Positions 9,724 through 19,637 of a stretch of DNA of 64,000 nucleotides are shown piece by piece (position 1 is the stretch's first letter; each line of letters starts with the position of its first letter). Made by a program: the position numbers and the translations under genes. A model generated the notes under the pieces. It saw only the letters and a list, made by a program, of their open reading frames with translations, made no database searches and was not told where the DNA came from. The stretch is from Candidatus Latescibacterota bacterium (lineage in GTDB: Bacteria; Latescibacterota; UBA2968; GCA-2709665). The stretch is from the NCBI GenBank assembly GCA_965248435.1, contig OZ252100.1, positions 4,800,001 to 4,864,000 on the forward strand, in the 5' to 3' direction.

Positions 9724-10368
9724 TCATAAGGATGTGGCCTCTCTGGCCGCCTTGATCTTTTCCGCAAAGTCCCTTGTGGCTTCTTCAGGGTCTTCCTGAC
9801 AGCAGATGGCCGAGATGACGGCGATGCCGTGGGCGCCTGCGCCAATTACCGATTCAGCCTTTTCCTGACCAATCCCTCCGATCGCGATCACAGGCAAAGA
9901 GGTCGACTGAACGAAGCCGGAGAGCCGATCGAGGCCCTGGGGTTCGCCTGCATCGCCCTTCGAACCTGTAGCGTAGATCGGCCCGAACCCCACATAATCG
10001 GCCCCGTCGGTTTGGCCCTCGCGGGCCTCTTCGGAGCTGCCTGCAGAGACGCCGATGATCCGGTCGGGACCCAGCATCTCCCTTGCTACGTTGACTGGGA
10101 AATCGTCCTGACCGAGATGGACCCCGTCCGCGTCGGCCGCGATGGCCACGTCCACACGATCGTTGACGATAAAGGGGACGCCTTTTGGCGATGTGAGATC
10201 GCGAATGGCCTTCGCGATGGCGATCAGGTCTCGCGTGGTTCCTGATTTCTGGCGAAATTGGATCGTATCCGCACCGCCCGCGAGTGCCAGGCGAGTCAGA
10301 TCGGTGTGAGAGAAACGGGTTTGCAGATCGGTATCGGTAAGCAGGTGCAGGTGCCCGATTCGTTTCAT
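9724..10368 (-). CDS. thiE: Thiamine-phosphate synthase
   Basis: QFRQK, IVNDRVD, GVHLGQDD, GPIYATGSK, AIGGI. Confidence 0.92.
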   Translation of the reverse strand: MKRIGHLHLLTDTDLQTRFSHTDLTRLALAGGADTIQFRQKSGTTRDLIAIAKAIRDLTSPKGVPFIVNDRVDVAIAADADGVHLGQDDFPVNVAREMLGPDRIIGVSAGSSEEAREGQTDGADYVGFGPIYATGSKGDAGEPQGLDRLSGFVQSTSLPVIAIGGIGQEKAESVIGAGAHGIAVISAICCQEDPEEATRDFAEKIKAAREATSL

Positions 10369-11162
10369 TTTCCTTTGTCCAGAAAGTAGAAGTGATTCGT
10401 CGGGCCGTGCCCCTTTCCGATCGGAAGGCTGTATCGGATGGCTTCGGTGATGTAGGCCTTTGCGTTCGACACGGCCTCCACCAGGGAACACCCCTTCGCG
10501 AGCTGGGCCGCGATGGCCGCCGAGTAGGTGCAGCCCGTTCCGTGCGTGTTGGGCGTATCGATCCTTTCGGCACTCACAACCGTTTCCTCGCTCCCGTCGA
10601 AGAGGATGTCTGCCGCGCTTGACCGGTCCGCGAGGTGACCCCCCTTCACAAGAACAGCGCCAGGACCCAATTCGAAGATCTTCCGGGCGGCACGTTTGGC
10701 CTGGCCGATCTCCTCGATCTGCATTCCCGCTAACAGTTTGGCCTCGTGGACGTTGGGCGTCACGATGTCGGCCAGAGGAAGCAGGTATTTTTTTACGCTT
10801 ACCACGGCATCTTCGCTGAGCAGGGAGAAGCCGCTCTTGGAGATCATCACCGGGTCTACGACGATGTTGGTCGCTTCCTGCTTGATGAGTTGATCCGAGA
10901 CGGTCTCGACGATTTCCTTTGACGAGAGCATTCCAGTTTTGACCGCAGCCACTTCGAAGTCGTCGAAGATGGCCTCGATCTGACTCGTGATGATGTCGAT
11001 CGGGAGATCGTAGGCCTTTCGGACCTCGCGACTGTTCTGGGCGGTGACGGAAGTGATCACGGACATCCCGAAGGTGCCGTTCGCGTGGAACGTCTTCAGG
11101 TCCGCCTGGATGCCGGCGCCTCCGCCCGAATCGGATCCGGCTATGGTAAGGACCTGTTTCAT
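10365..11162 (-). CDS. thiD: HMP/HMP-P kinase
   Basis: [29 protein letters not shown]. Confidence 0.95.
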   Translation of the reverse strand: MKQVLTIAGSDSGGGAGIQADLKTFHANGTFGMSVITSVTAQNSREVRKAYDLPIDIITSQIEAIFDDFEVAAVKTGMLSSKEIVETVSDQLIKQEATNIVVDPVMISKSGFSLLSEDAVVSVKKYLLPLADIVTPNVHEAKLLAGMQIEEIGQAKRAARKIFELGPGAVLVKGGHLADRSSAADILFDGSEETVVSAERIDTPNTHGTGCTYSAAIAAQLAKGCSLVEAVSNAKAYITEAIRYSLPIGKGHGPTNHFYFLDKGK

Positions 11163-11821
11163 CACTGCTCCCGTGTTGAGAGAGGCGCGGGGCTGTTCTC
11201 CCACGCTCTTAGGTAAGACCCGACCCTGGACGCGATATCTTCAGCCCCGAGGATGCCTGACACCATTGCAACACCGGCCGCGCCTGCCGCTCGGCACAAA
11301 GATGCCCGCTCGGGAGTGATACCTCCGAGCGCGAAAAGGGCAAGGTCGGTCGATGAGGCCGCTGCCCTGAGTCCTTCGATACCCAGGAAAGTCTCGGCGT
11401 CGGGTTTGGATGACGTAGGGTAAACGGGACTGTAAGTCGCGAAATCGGCGCATTCCGCGGCGCGTTCGAGCTCCTCGGGAGTGTGGGCCGAACAGCCGAT
11501 GAAGAGCCTTCGGCCGAATTGGCGACGAACGCTCACCGGCGAGGGACCCGAAGCAGGGAGGTGAACGCCTCCCGCTCCGACTTCCACGGCGATGTCCGGG
11601 TGAGCGTTGATGGCGAGTCGGGCGTCGTATGCCGCTGTAAGTTTGGCGAGCTTTTCGGCCTGACGGCGAAGCTGATCGGGCTGCATCTGCTTTTCTCGAA
11701 GCTGGAACAGGCGGATGCCCGCCTCGAGGGCCTCTTCCACGGCGCCTTCCAGTGTGCGTGGCGCGCAGGACGCGGTATCGAGAATGAGGTAAATGGGAGG
11801 AAAGGGAAGGTCAAGATCCAT
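11162..11821 (-). CDS. Second ThiE/TenI-family protein (possibly TenI-like)
   Basis: QLREK, GVHLP, ALGGI; lacks the ThiE ND and GQDD motifs. Confidence 0.75.
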   Translation of the reverse strand: MDLDLPFPPIYLILDTASCAPRTLEGAVEEALEAGIRLFQLREKQMQPDQLRRQAEKLAKLTAAYDARLAINAHPDIAVEVGAGGVHLPASGPSPVSVRRQFGRRLFIGCSAHTPEELERAAECADFATYSPVYPTSSKPDAETFLGIEGLRAAASSTDLALFALGGITPERASLCRAAGAAGVAMVSGILGAEDIASRVGSYLRAWENSPAPLSTREQ

Positions 11822-11837
11822 GGGCGCGGTAATCAGG

Positions 11838-12638
11838 TCAGGCCTGAGCGACTCCCTCAGGTGAAGTGGACGGTGTCGCATAGAGCCTTTTTGGAATCCG
11901 TCCGGCCTCGTAGGCGAGACGTCCGGCCTCGACTGCCTTTCGCATAGCCGTCGCCATCTTAACAGGGTCCTTCGCGCCGGCGACTGCCGTGTTCAGCAGG
12001 ACGGCGTCGCACCCCATTTCAAGGGCGACTGAAGCATCTGACGCGGTTCCTACACCCGCGTCGACGATCACAGGTACGGTGAGTGAATCCAGGATGATCT
12101 GCAGGTTGTAGGGGTTGCGAATTCCCATTCCGGACCCGATCGGCGCGCCGAGCGGCATCACGGCTGCGGCACCTAAGTCCTCTAGTTTCTTGCACGTTAC
12201 AGGATCATCGTTGCAGTACGGGAGCACGGTGAATCTGTCTTTGACGAGTGTCTCGGCTGCATCGAGCAGGCCTCGCACGTCGGGCAGGAGGGTCCGCTCG
12301 TCTCCGATGACCTCCAGCTTGATCAGGTCTGTATCGAGCGCCTCACGGGCCAGGTTGGCCGTCAGGACGGCGTCCCTGGCGGTGAAGCATCCTGCTGTGT
12401 TCGGAAGGATCGTGACTCCCGAGCGGCGCAGGAGGCCAGGCAGGCTTTCCTCGGATGAATCGGTCACGTTGATCCGCCGGATGCCGACGGTCACGATCTC
12501 GGCACCGCTGGCCTTGATCGCCTCCAACATGACGTGGTTGTTAGGATACCTCGCGGTCCCGATCAGGAGCCTGGATCTGTAGGTCTTACCCGCGATCTCG
12601 AGACCGCCCGGGGTTGTGCCGTCATTTTTGTCGTTCAT
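11838..12638 (-). CDS. thiG: Thiazole synthase
   Basis: [31 protein letters not shown]. Confidence 0.96.
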   Translation of the reverse strand: MNDKNDGTTPGGLEIAGKTYRSRLLIGTARYPNNHVMLEAIKASGAEIVTVGIRRINVTDSSEESLPGLLRRSGVTILPNTAGCFTARDAVLTANLAREALDTDLIKLEVIGDERTLLPDVRGLLDAAETLVKDRFTVLPYCNDDPVTCKKLEDLGAAAVMPLGAPIGSGMGIRNPYNLQIILDSLTVPVIVDAGVGTASDASVALEMGCDAVLLNTAVAGAKDPVKMATAMRKAVEAGRLAYEAGRIPKRLYATPSTSPEGVAQA

Positions 12639-12649
12639 GGGGCGTTGCC

Positions 12650-12859
12650 TCATCCTCCTTGTACGGCCTGGATGATTTCCACCTGATCCCCCTCAGAGAG
12701 GATTTCGGTCGACCAGTCTTCTCGTGACATCACTTCCGCATTGACCGCCACGGCGATTCCTTTCGCCTCGGGGTCGGACTGGCCCTGCCCGACCAGGTCC
12801 TGAACCGTGATTCCGTCCATAACCGTCTCTTCTTTTCCGTTGAGGATAATTCTCATCAC
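12650..12859 (-). CDS. thiS: Sulfur carrier protein ThiS
   Basis: About 68 aa, C-terminal VQGG, between thiO and thiG. Confidence 0.95.
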   Translation of the reverse strand: MMRIILNGKEETVMDGITVQDLVGQGQSDPEAKGIAVAVNAEVMSREDWSTEILSEGDQVEIIQAVQGG

Positions 12860-13992
12860 GAGAGGAACCGGTCTAGGCCAAACGGCTTGATCAGATCGGG
12901 CGCCTTCCCGGTCAGGACGAGGTCTACGATGGCCTGCGCGGTGATCGGCGCCAGGAGAAATCCCTTCCGGTAGTGTCCTGTGGCCAGGATGAGGCCGTCT
13001 ATGGGCGTTTCACCCAGAATCGGGGCATCATCCCTGCTTCCGGGCCTGAGGCCGGCCTGGACTTCCGCGATGGGGAGGTCATAGATCCCCGGCACGGCCT
13101 CCCAACCCGCACGAAGGAGTTCGAAGATCCCGCCGGCCGTTGTTTGCGAGTCGTAGCCCATTTCCTCGGAAGTCGCTCCGAGCAACAGATGGCCGTCGTC
13201 CCTGGGGACAAGGTAGGCCAGCGTGGATGAGGCCAGACGAGAATACCAGATGATCGTTTTTAACGTAAAGGCTTCGTTCATCTTCAATCGGAGAATCTGT
13301 CCGCGGACGGGGCGGACGGGAGGCTTGAGCGCTTCAGGTATCCCCGGTATCGTGGGGGACCAGCAACCCGCCGCCAGCACGACGACATCTGCAGCTTGAA
13401 ACTCACCGCGAGCAAGGACGCCCTGAATTCGCTGTCCGTTCAGTTTGAGCTCATCCACCGGCGTCTTCTCCAGGAGGGTTCCGCCGGCTTTCTGGAATGC
13501 CTGCCTGAGGGCTTCGATGACGCGCCGATTGTCCACCTGATGGTCACCGGGACACCAGACCGCGGCGGTGATTCCGGATGAAAGGTGGGGCTCTCGCTCC
13601 CTGGCCTCCTCGCCGCTCAGCCAGGTGATGGGGAGACCCAGTTCTTTCTGGTAGGTGTGTCGAAACCTCAGGTGTTCAACGTCATCCGGAGTGATCCCGA
13701 CGACCAGGACACCGTCCTGACGGTAGCCCACGCTGTATCCGGTCTCAGATTCGAGTTCCTCGACGAACGTGGGAAAATGCTTCAGGGCCTCGAGGCCGAA
13801 TCTCAGGAGGGCTTCCTCCTGAAACTGCACTTCAGCGAGCGGGGAGAGCATACCGGCAGATGCCCAGCTCGCGCCCCGGCCGGCCTGGTCGCGATCGAAC
13901 AGGGTGACTTCAAGCCCGGCTCTGGCCAATCTCCAGCCGATGCTGAGGCCGATAACCCCGCCGCCAACGATGATGATACGGTCTGTCGACAT
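12856..13992 (-). CDS. thiO: Glycine oxidase ThiO
   Basis: GGGVIG, ASWASAGML, PVRGQ, GLRP, GHYRKGFLLAP; operon context. Confidence 0.93.
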   Translation of the reverse strand: MSTDRIIIVGGGVIGLSIGWRLARAGLEVTLFDRDQAGRGASWASAGMLSPLAEVQFQEEALLRFGLEALKHFPTFVEELESETGYSVGYRQDGVLVVGITPDDVEHLRFRHTYQKELGLPITWLSGEEAREREPHLSSGITAAVWCPGDHQVDNRRVIEALRQAFQKAGGTLLEKTPVDELKLNGQRIQGVLARGEFQAADVVVLAAGCWSPTIPGIPEALKPPVRPVRGQILRLKMNEAFTLKTIIWYSRLASSTLAYLVPRDDGHLLLGATSEEMGYDSQTTAGGIFELLRAGWEAVPGIYDLPIAEVQAGLRPGSRDDAPILGETPIDGLILATGHYRKGFLLAPITAQAIVDLVLTGKAPDLIKPFGLDRFLS

Positions 13993-14069
13993 TAGGAGGG
14001 CAAAGTGTTGAGGTTATACCAAATAAATTACCGCCCTTCGAATGCGATCGAAAAGCGGTGTCGCCCTTT

Positions 14070-14150
14070 TCGACTCCCTGCGCCGGCATGATCCGGATCA
14101 GGTTCAAAGGGTATGTTCTCAGCTCAAGAGATGAGCACCCCCGTTTGCTG
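14070..14150 (-). ncRNA. TPP riboswitch upstream of thiO operon
   Basis: GGGGTGC..CTGAGA..ATACCC TTTGAACCTGATCCGGATCATGCCGGCGCAGGGA; terminator-like hairpin at about 14025-14060. Confidence 0.95.
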
Positions 14151-14204
14151 CCATAAAGATAACGGTTCTACAGGGGGGTAGTCAAGTTTTGCATAGATCT
14201 GTCT

Positions 14205-14340
14205 GAGGAAGCCGAAGAACCATGCCTCCGGCGGCCAACCCTTCGGCAGGCTCAGGGCATGCTTTTCTTGCTCGCCCAAGAAAAAGTTGCAAAAAAGAAG
14301 GGCTCCCCTCAGGCGCCGGGGAGGCTGACTTTTCCGCGAA
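14205..14340. repeat. MITE/REP-like repeat containing CCCTTCGGCAGGCTCAGGG
   Basis: 19-bp sequence at 14239-14257 identical to 39249-39267; adjacent TTTTCTT-GCTCGCCC-AAGAAAA hairpin. Confidence 0.55.
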
Positions 14341-14562
14341 CCGTCCCAGTGGCCCTAGAGATGTTTGTGTCCTTGGATCTTTTGCGGTGTCCACAAACGG
14401 GAGTGCTTGACGGATAGGCGCGGAAAAGTTCCACCCCACACCCCAAATCGGCCATCATAAATCGCGAATCGTATGCGGTAGGAGCCAATTCCTGTTGGCG
14501 ACGAAATGATTTACGGTGATTGCATACAATTTCACTCGGGGTTCTGAGGCAGGAACAGCGCG

Positions 14563-15375
14563 CTAAAAAAGGTCGAGCTGCTCCTGTCCGGATCTATCCA
14601 GAGGCCAGTCGGGCATCTCGCCCACATTCACACTTTTGGAGAGGAGGCCGTGAAAGAGGCGGGCCAGTCGAGGCGCGTGGAGGTCATCGGGGGCGTGGTG
14701 CAGAAAGAAGAAGGGGACACGTCCTTCCGCGATCCAGTCGGCGACGGTCTTTGCCCACCCCTCCAGAGAAGTCATGTTGTCTTCGACCAGTGGCTGACTC
14801 ATGAAGCGGACAAAGGGATGTCGACCGAGTGCGTGGTTCGGATGAAGTGTGTCTGATCCGCTGGCGCGGTAGAGGACTCGGTCGGCTTTATGCTGCAGGA
14901 GGAGTGCATTTAATTCCTTGTCGGCTCCAAGGAAGAATTCGGGGTGACGAACTTCCACGACATAGTCGAATTTGTCTGGAAGCGAAGCAAGATAGCGGTC
15001 AAGTACGGGCATCGAGCCTGGCCCGAACGATGGCGAAAGCTGGAGGAAGAAGGGACCGATGTGTTCCCCCAGGGGAGAGAGGACCTTGAAGACCTCCTCG
15101 GTCTCGGTCTCAGCATCGACGAGCCTCTTTTCGTGGCTGATCGTCCTGGGAAATTTGAAACAGAACTGAAAGCCCTCGCAGGCTTGGTCTTTCCACCTGG
15201 ATACGGTCTGAGCGGACGGGAGTCCGTAGAACGTGGTGTTGCCCTCGACGGTGTTGAAGACCGCGCTGTACTGATTGAGGAAGTCCCTGGAGCCGGATCC
15301 GGGTTCGTAGAGCTGACCGATCCAACGTTTGTTTGCCCACATGGGACAGCCAAGGTAATAGCGTTGAATAGACAT
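14563..15375 (-). CDS. DUF72 family protein
   Basis: LGCPMW, YSAVFNTVEGNTTFY, FKFPRTISH, VEVRHP. Confidence 0.9.
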   Translation of the reverse strand: MSIQRYYLGCPMWANKRWIGQLYEPGSGSRDFLNQYSAVFNTVEGNTTFYGLPSAQTVSRWKDQACEGFQFCFKFPRTISHEKRLVDAETETEEVFKVLSPLGEHIGPFFLQLSPSFGPGSMPVLDRYLASLPDKFDYVVEVRHPEFFLGADKELNALLLQHKADRVLYRASGSDTLHPNHALGRHPFVRFMSQPLVEDNMTSLEGWAKTVADWIAEGRVPFFFLHHAPDDLHAPRLARLFHGLLSKSVNVGEMPDWPLDRSGQEQLDLF

Positions 15376-15387
15376 CTTTAATAGATC

Positions 15388-15491
15388 GCGGATTGTGGAA
15401 TGGGGATTGCGGAATGAAAGGCAGAAAGGGCTGATTGAAACGGGCTTTGATTCTTAATCCACAATCCGAAATCTGAAATCCGCAATTTGAA
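15388..15491. repeat. Inverted heptamer arrays GCGGATT/AATCCGC
   Basis: GCGGATT GTGGAAT GGGGATT GCGGAAT ... AATCCAC AATCCGA AATCTGA AATCCGC. Confidence 0.75.
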
Positions 15492-15600
15492 AGTTAATCC
15501 TGAATTGGCATTCAGGGAACTTAAATATCTTGACATGTCACCTTTCCGTGAGGTATCTAGGATCGTCAACTCCGACACTGATCAAGGTGAGGATCGTTGC

Positions 15601-16113
15601 TTGGCCAAATCGCCAGAATCGCATGAAGTCCGGCTAGGTGAGTTGCTGACTCGGCTGGATTGGAAGCTTGCGATCGTCGAAACGACTGCGGGTGGACTGA
15701 TCTCGTCACGAGTTGTGGAAGTGCCGGGATGTTCTGCCTACTTCGAGCGGGGTGTCGTCGCGTACAGCAGGTCGAGCAAGACGGACCTGCCCGGGGTGAC
15801 AGACGAGCTTATCGAAACCTACGGTTCTGTAAGCAGGGAGGTGGCTGAAGCGCTCGCAGAGGGCGTCCGGCGCACGAGCGGCGCCGACTTCGGGCTTGCA
15901 GAGACCGGGTTGGCCGGCCCGGTCCAGGGACGCTCACCCAAGCCGATCGGCTCGGTCGCGATCGCCCTTTCTGTATCTAGCGAATCCAGGAGCAAGGAGT
16001 TTATCGTCGAGGGAAATCGACAACAGATCCGGCGCCTCATCGTGGATCGGGCGCTTGACTTTGCAGTGACATACCTGGAAGAAGCGGACTCGAAACTCAG
16101 CGATGATTCTTGA
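15601..16113 (+). CDS. CinA C-terminal/PncC-like NMN amidohydrolase family
   Basis: ETTAGGLIS, GVVAYS, GSVS, ETGLAGP; start codon uncertain. Confidence 0.85.
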   Translation: MAKSPESHEVRLGELLTRLDWKLAIVETTAGGLISSRVVEVPGCSAYFERGVVAYSRSSKTDLPGVTDELIETYGSVSREVAEALAEGVRRTSGADFGLAETGLAGPVQGRSPKPIGSVAIALSVSSESRSKEFIVEGNRQQIRRLIVDRALDFAVTYLEEADSKLSDDS

Positions 16114-16130
16114 AAATCAAAACTTTAGGC

Positions 16131-16159
16131 TTGACTTGAGATATTGTATTGAATAAATT
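16131..16159 (+). promoter_or_regulatory. Sigma70-type promoter upstream of infA leader
   Basis: TTGACT-N17-TAAATT. Confidence 0.65.
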
Positions 16160-16220
16160 TAATTTCTAGACCGTATAAGGAGAACAGTCCCGAACAGTCC
16201 GTTCATATTGATATAGGGAT

Positions 16221-16258
16221 AGGCAAAGATGCGGCAGCCGCGGTCTTTGCCTTTTTTT
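16221..16258 (+). terminator. Intrinsic terminator in the infA 5' region
   Basis: AGGCAAAGATGCGG-cag-CCGCGGTCTTTGCCT followed by a T run. Confidence 0.75.
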
Positions 16259-16335
16259 ATTGCGGTCTATTTTTTAACTCGTTCTCGGACAACGCATTAC
16301 CTGGTAAAACGCGACAAACAAGCTCTGGAGGATGT

Positions 16336-16623
16336 ATGGCAAAAGAGGAGAAAGTACAGCTGGAAGGTACGATCGTAGACAACCTGCCCGACGGTCAGTA
16401 TACGGTCGAGATCGAGGGTGGGCATCAAATTCTGGGCTACACGTCGGGCAAGATGAGGAAATTCAATATTCGAATCCTCGTAGGTGACCGCGTCACGATC
16501 GAGACCTCGCCTTATGACTTGAATCGTGGGCGAATAACCTGGCTGTACAAGCTTCCCCCATCGGATGATGGACGTCCCAAAAAACCCGGGGGCGGGAATA
16601 GGTTTCGAAAGAGACGTCGCTAG
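16336..16623 (+). CDS. infA: Translation initiation factor IF-1 with basic C-terminal extension
   Basis: [32 protein letters not shown]. Confidence 0.95.
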   Translation: MAKEEKVQLEGTIVDNLPDGQYTVEIEGGHQILGYTSGKMRKFNIRILVGDRVTIETSPYDLNRGRITWLYKLPPSDDGRPKKPGGGNRFRKRRR

Positions 16624-16750
16624 TCAACAAGCCTTCCTATACGCATTATCATTCCTGCAGTATTTTGATCCTACCTGTTAGATCATCCTTCACCTTAGAT
16701 AACGGAAACCGCAAGTAGAGGCCGGACTCGTTCCGTCGAGATTCGTCGGT

Positions 16751-19207
16751 CTATATGTCGAGCTTTGTCCACAAGAAGAGGCTGCGTGTGGAGGCCGGGA
16801 AGAAGGAGGCGCCTTCTCCGTGCGTTTCGTAGAGGCGGTCGAAGAGATTGTTGAGATCCAGGCGAATCTCAAACCGTTTTGTCCGGAACGTTCTCCCGAG
16901 GTCGTAAGCGAGGCTCAGGTTCAAGACCGTGTAAGATTCCACGAACAGATCGACGTAGTCTGGACTCTGACGCAGGTCAGGGGTTTTCCTGTTGTTCTCG
17001 GTGTTGTCGGTATACTTCTTCCCCACGTACTGGGCTGAAAGGGACGCCCGCAACCCTTTCTCTTCGTAAGTGACCCGCGCGTTCGCCAGAAGGTCCGGGA
17101 ATCCTGCAATCCGGTTGCCGTTGAGGGCGAGCGGCTGCGCGCCTTCGAAGATCGTATGGTTTTCGAAGGTGTTGCGGCTGTAGCTGAGGTTGCCGCTGAT
17201 CGTCACAGCGCGGGCGGCTCGCAACGCGGCCGTCCATTCGATCCCCCGATGCAGGGTCTGGTCGGCGTTCCCGGTTACGGGCTGGCCGTAGAGGTCCAGT
17301 TGACCGTTTTTGACGATCTCATCCCGGAAATCCATCCAGAAGACGTTCACGTTCGTGTGAATTTTTGGAGTCCGGTACCCGGCGCCGATCTCGATATCGT
17401 TCAATTTTTCGGGCTTGGCCAGCGGCCGACCGAAGTCGAATGCGACCCCGTCCCCCCTGCGCTCGAACTCCGGTTGGACCCCTCCGCTCGATGCACTGGC
17501 ATCATACAGGTTCTGCCTGCGAGGCTCCCGCGAAGTCCTCGAGTAGTTCAGATACAGGTTGAGCCGGTCGGATAGATTGAAATTGGCCCCCACCTGCGGA
17601 TTGAAGAACGTGTAGGGGACAGTAAATTCCGTGTTCACGAATTTTTCGTCGAACAACCCGTAGCGCTTGTATGCCAGCTGTAGGTTGGCCATCAAGTTCA
17701 GCTGGTCTGTGACCCTGTAATTGTGATTCAGGTAGGTGGAGGCGATCCATTTCGCGCCGTTGTATTCGTAAAAACGGTATTCCGGAAACATCTCCGAAGG
17801 GAGGCGTTCGGCCCAGCGAACTTTCCCCCAGTGGAAGGACTGGTGGTAGCGAAGCTCCAGGCCTGCTTCGGTCCTGGACCTTTCGGAGCGGTAGGAAAGC
17901 CTCGGCAGCCACCCGCCCTGGCGGTTGTTGACGAATGCCCGGATCAGAGATTGGCCCGGATTAGCGGTGGGCGTGAAGCCGTTCTCCGACGTGAGTCGAT
18001 AGTACGTGGTGTCGGCCCAGGAGCCGTCGAAGTCGAAGAACCCACCCCCCTGAACGTAGAAGAACGTGTTGTGGAGCGTCGTTGACGGAGAGAGTCTGCG
18101 CTCGTGGATGAGCTCGTAGTGAGGTTGGTGGAAGTCTTCGATCTCATCATCACCCACGATAGGATTTTCCCTTCGTAGTGTCCGGTCGCGCAGGGCATCC
18201 ACTCGGACGCCATCCACGGTTTTGAAGCGTGAATTCCCATAAAAATTGAGGTGGTCCCGGTTCAAGCTGCCGTAGATGTGGATCCGAGTCGTGGTTTCCG
18301 CCGTATAGTAGGCCGTTCCAAAGAAGTAGGAGAGGAAGTCGACCCAGGCCCCGTTCCGGTAACCATCCGTCATCGTCTTGCCGAAATGTGCGTGGAGGGC
18401 CAATCGGTCTTCCAGGAGCCCCGAATTGAGCGTGACACCCAGCTTTCTTGTGTCGTAACTCCCATAGCCCGCCGTCACCGTCAGCTTCGGCTCGCGACTG
18501 AACCTTTCGGTCACGAGGTTGATCGACCCACCGATGGCCGCGGGGCCGTAAAAGGCGCTGCCCGATCCTCGCTGTACCTGGATATCCTCCAGGCTGGACG
18601 CCAGGTCGGGGAAGTTGACCCAGTAGACGTTGTGGTCTTCCGGGTCGTTTTGCGGAACCCCGTTGATCATGACGGAGATCCGGCGCTGGTCGAAACCGCG
18701 AAGCGTCAGGTAGTTGTAGCCGATCGCGTTTCCGCTTTCGGAATACGTCGTGCTCGAAGGCAGTTCAGAGAGGAGGGTGGGGATCCCCTGAGTGTGAAAA
18801 CGGTCCTCCAGCTCTTTTCGCGTCACGTTGCTGAAGGTGACAGGTGACTCTCTGTCGACCGCTCGGGTTGCGGTTACGGTAATGACGTCGCCCGGGAGCG
18901 CAGTTTGCCTCAGGACGAAGTCGATCCTGGCCGTGTTCGAGTCCAGGGTGACCCGCTTTGTTGCAGGCGCGTATCCGATGCGCGTCGCTTTGACCGTGAA
19001 AGCCCCCGGATTGAGATTCTCGATCCTGAAATGACCCTTGGGACCGGTCTGGCCACCCCTTTTGAGCTCCACGATTTCGAGGTTCACGCCTTCGAGGGGG
19101 TTTCCAGTATCGTGGTCGACGACACGCCCGAGCAGGACCGCCGCCTCTGTACCGACCGGCAGGATCGTGACTGTCAAGAGAAGGATCAACGTTCGTAACA
19201 AATTCAA
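16751..19207 (-). CDS. TonB-dependent receptor, probably thiamine or precursor uptake
   Basis: Signal peptide, CarboxypepD_reg-like N-domain, plug (LRGFDQRRI, IQVQRG, AIGGSINL), beta-barrel; TPP riboswitch upstream; TTG start after AAGGAG. Confidence 0.88.
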   Translation of the reverse strand: MNLLRTLILLLTVTILPVGTEAAVLLGRVVDHDTGNPLEGVNLEIVELKRGGQTGPKGHFRIENLNPGAFTVKATRIGYAPATKRVTLDSNTARIDFVLRQTALPGDVITVTATRAVDRESPVTFSNVTRKELEDRFHTQGIPTLLSELPSSTTYSESGNAIGYNYLTLRGFDQRRISVMINGVPQNDPEDHNVYWVNFPDLASSLEDIQVQRGSGSAFYGPAAIGGSINLVTERFSREPKLTVTAGYGSYDTRKLGVTLNSGLLEDRLALHAHFGKTMTDGYRNGAWVDFLSYFFGTAYYTAETTTRIHIYGSLNRDHLNFYGNSRFKTVDGVRVDALRDRTLRRENPIVGDDEIEDFHQPHYELIHERRLSPSTTLHNTFFYVQGGGFFDFDGSWADTTYYRLTSENGFTPTANPGQSLIRAFVNNRQGGWLPRLSYRSERSRTEAGLELRYHQSFHWGKVRWAERLPSEMFPEYRFYEYNGAKWIASTYLNHNYRVTDQLNLMANLQLAYKRYGLFDEKFVNTEFTVPYTFFNPQVGANFNLSDRLNLYLNYSRTSREPRRQNLYDASASSGGVQPEFERRGDGVAFDFGRPLAKPEKLNDIEIGAGYRTPKIHTNVNVFWMDFRDEIVKNGQLDLYGQPVTGNADQTLHRGIEWTAALRAARAVTISGNLSYSRNTFENHTIFEGAQPLALNGNRIAGFPDLLANARVTYEEKGLRASLSAQYVGKKYTDNTENNRKTPDLRQSPDYVDLFVESYTVLNLSLAYDLGRTFRTKRFEIRLDLNNLFDRLYETHGEGASFFPASTRSLFLWTKLDI

Positions 19208-19236
19208 GACACTGATCTCCTTTATGCGAATCAACA

Positions 19237-19378
19237 AATCCCCCCTACCCCCTCCCGCGACTCGCTCGCTCGCGCGGGACATGCTTTGCAAAGGGGGACA
19301 TTGCACTCAGTATTTAGCGTAGCTATTCAGAAAGTTGATTCTTCCCCCCTTTCCTAAAGGGGGACTGAGGGGGATTTC
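19237..19378. repeat. REP-like palindromic element (CCCCCTTT..AAAGGGGG type)
   Basis: Terminal AAATCCCCC/GGGGGATTT inverted repeat with internal TCCCCCTTT-AAAGGGGGA hairpin. Confidence 0.6.
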
Positions 19379-19422
19379 AAGAATGCATAGCTAAAAGATT
19401 CGGCAACAAACCAAAACAACAG

Positions 19423-19454
19423 AAAAAGCCGCTTTCACGTCAGAAAGCGGCCTT
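19423..19454 (-). terminator. Riboswitch expression-platform terminator
   Basis: GCCGCTTTC-tgacgt-GAAAGCGGC followed by TTTTT on the minus strand. Confidence 0.8.
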
Positions 19455-19483
19455 GCCATTATGTGCATTACAGAACAATTTCG

Positions 19484-19563
<80 letters not shown>

Positions 19564-19637
19564 AACTTCATATCTGACAAAGAGCGGTGTTACAAGGAAA
19601 AACTAAACAGAATCGCTCACTTCGTCAAGGGCCGGGA

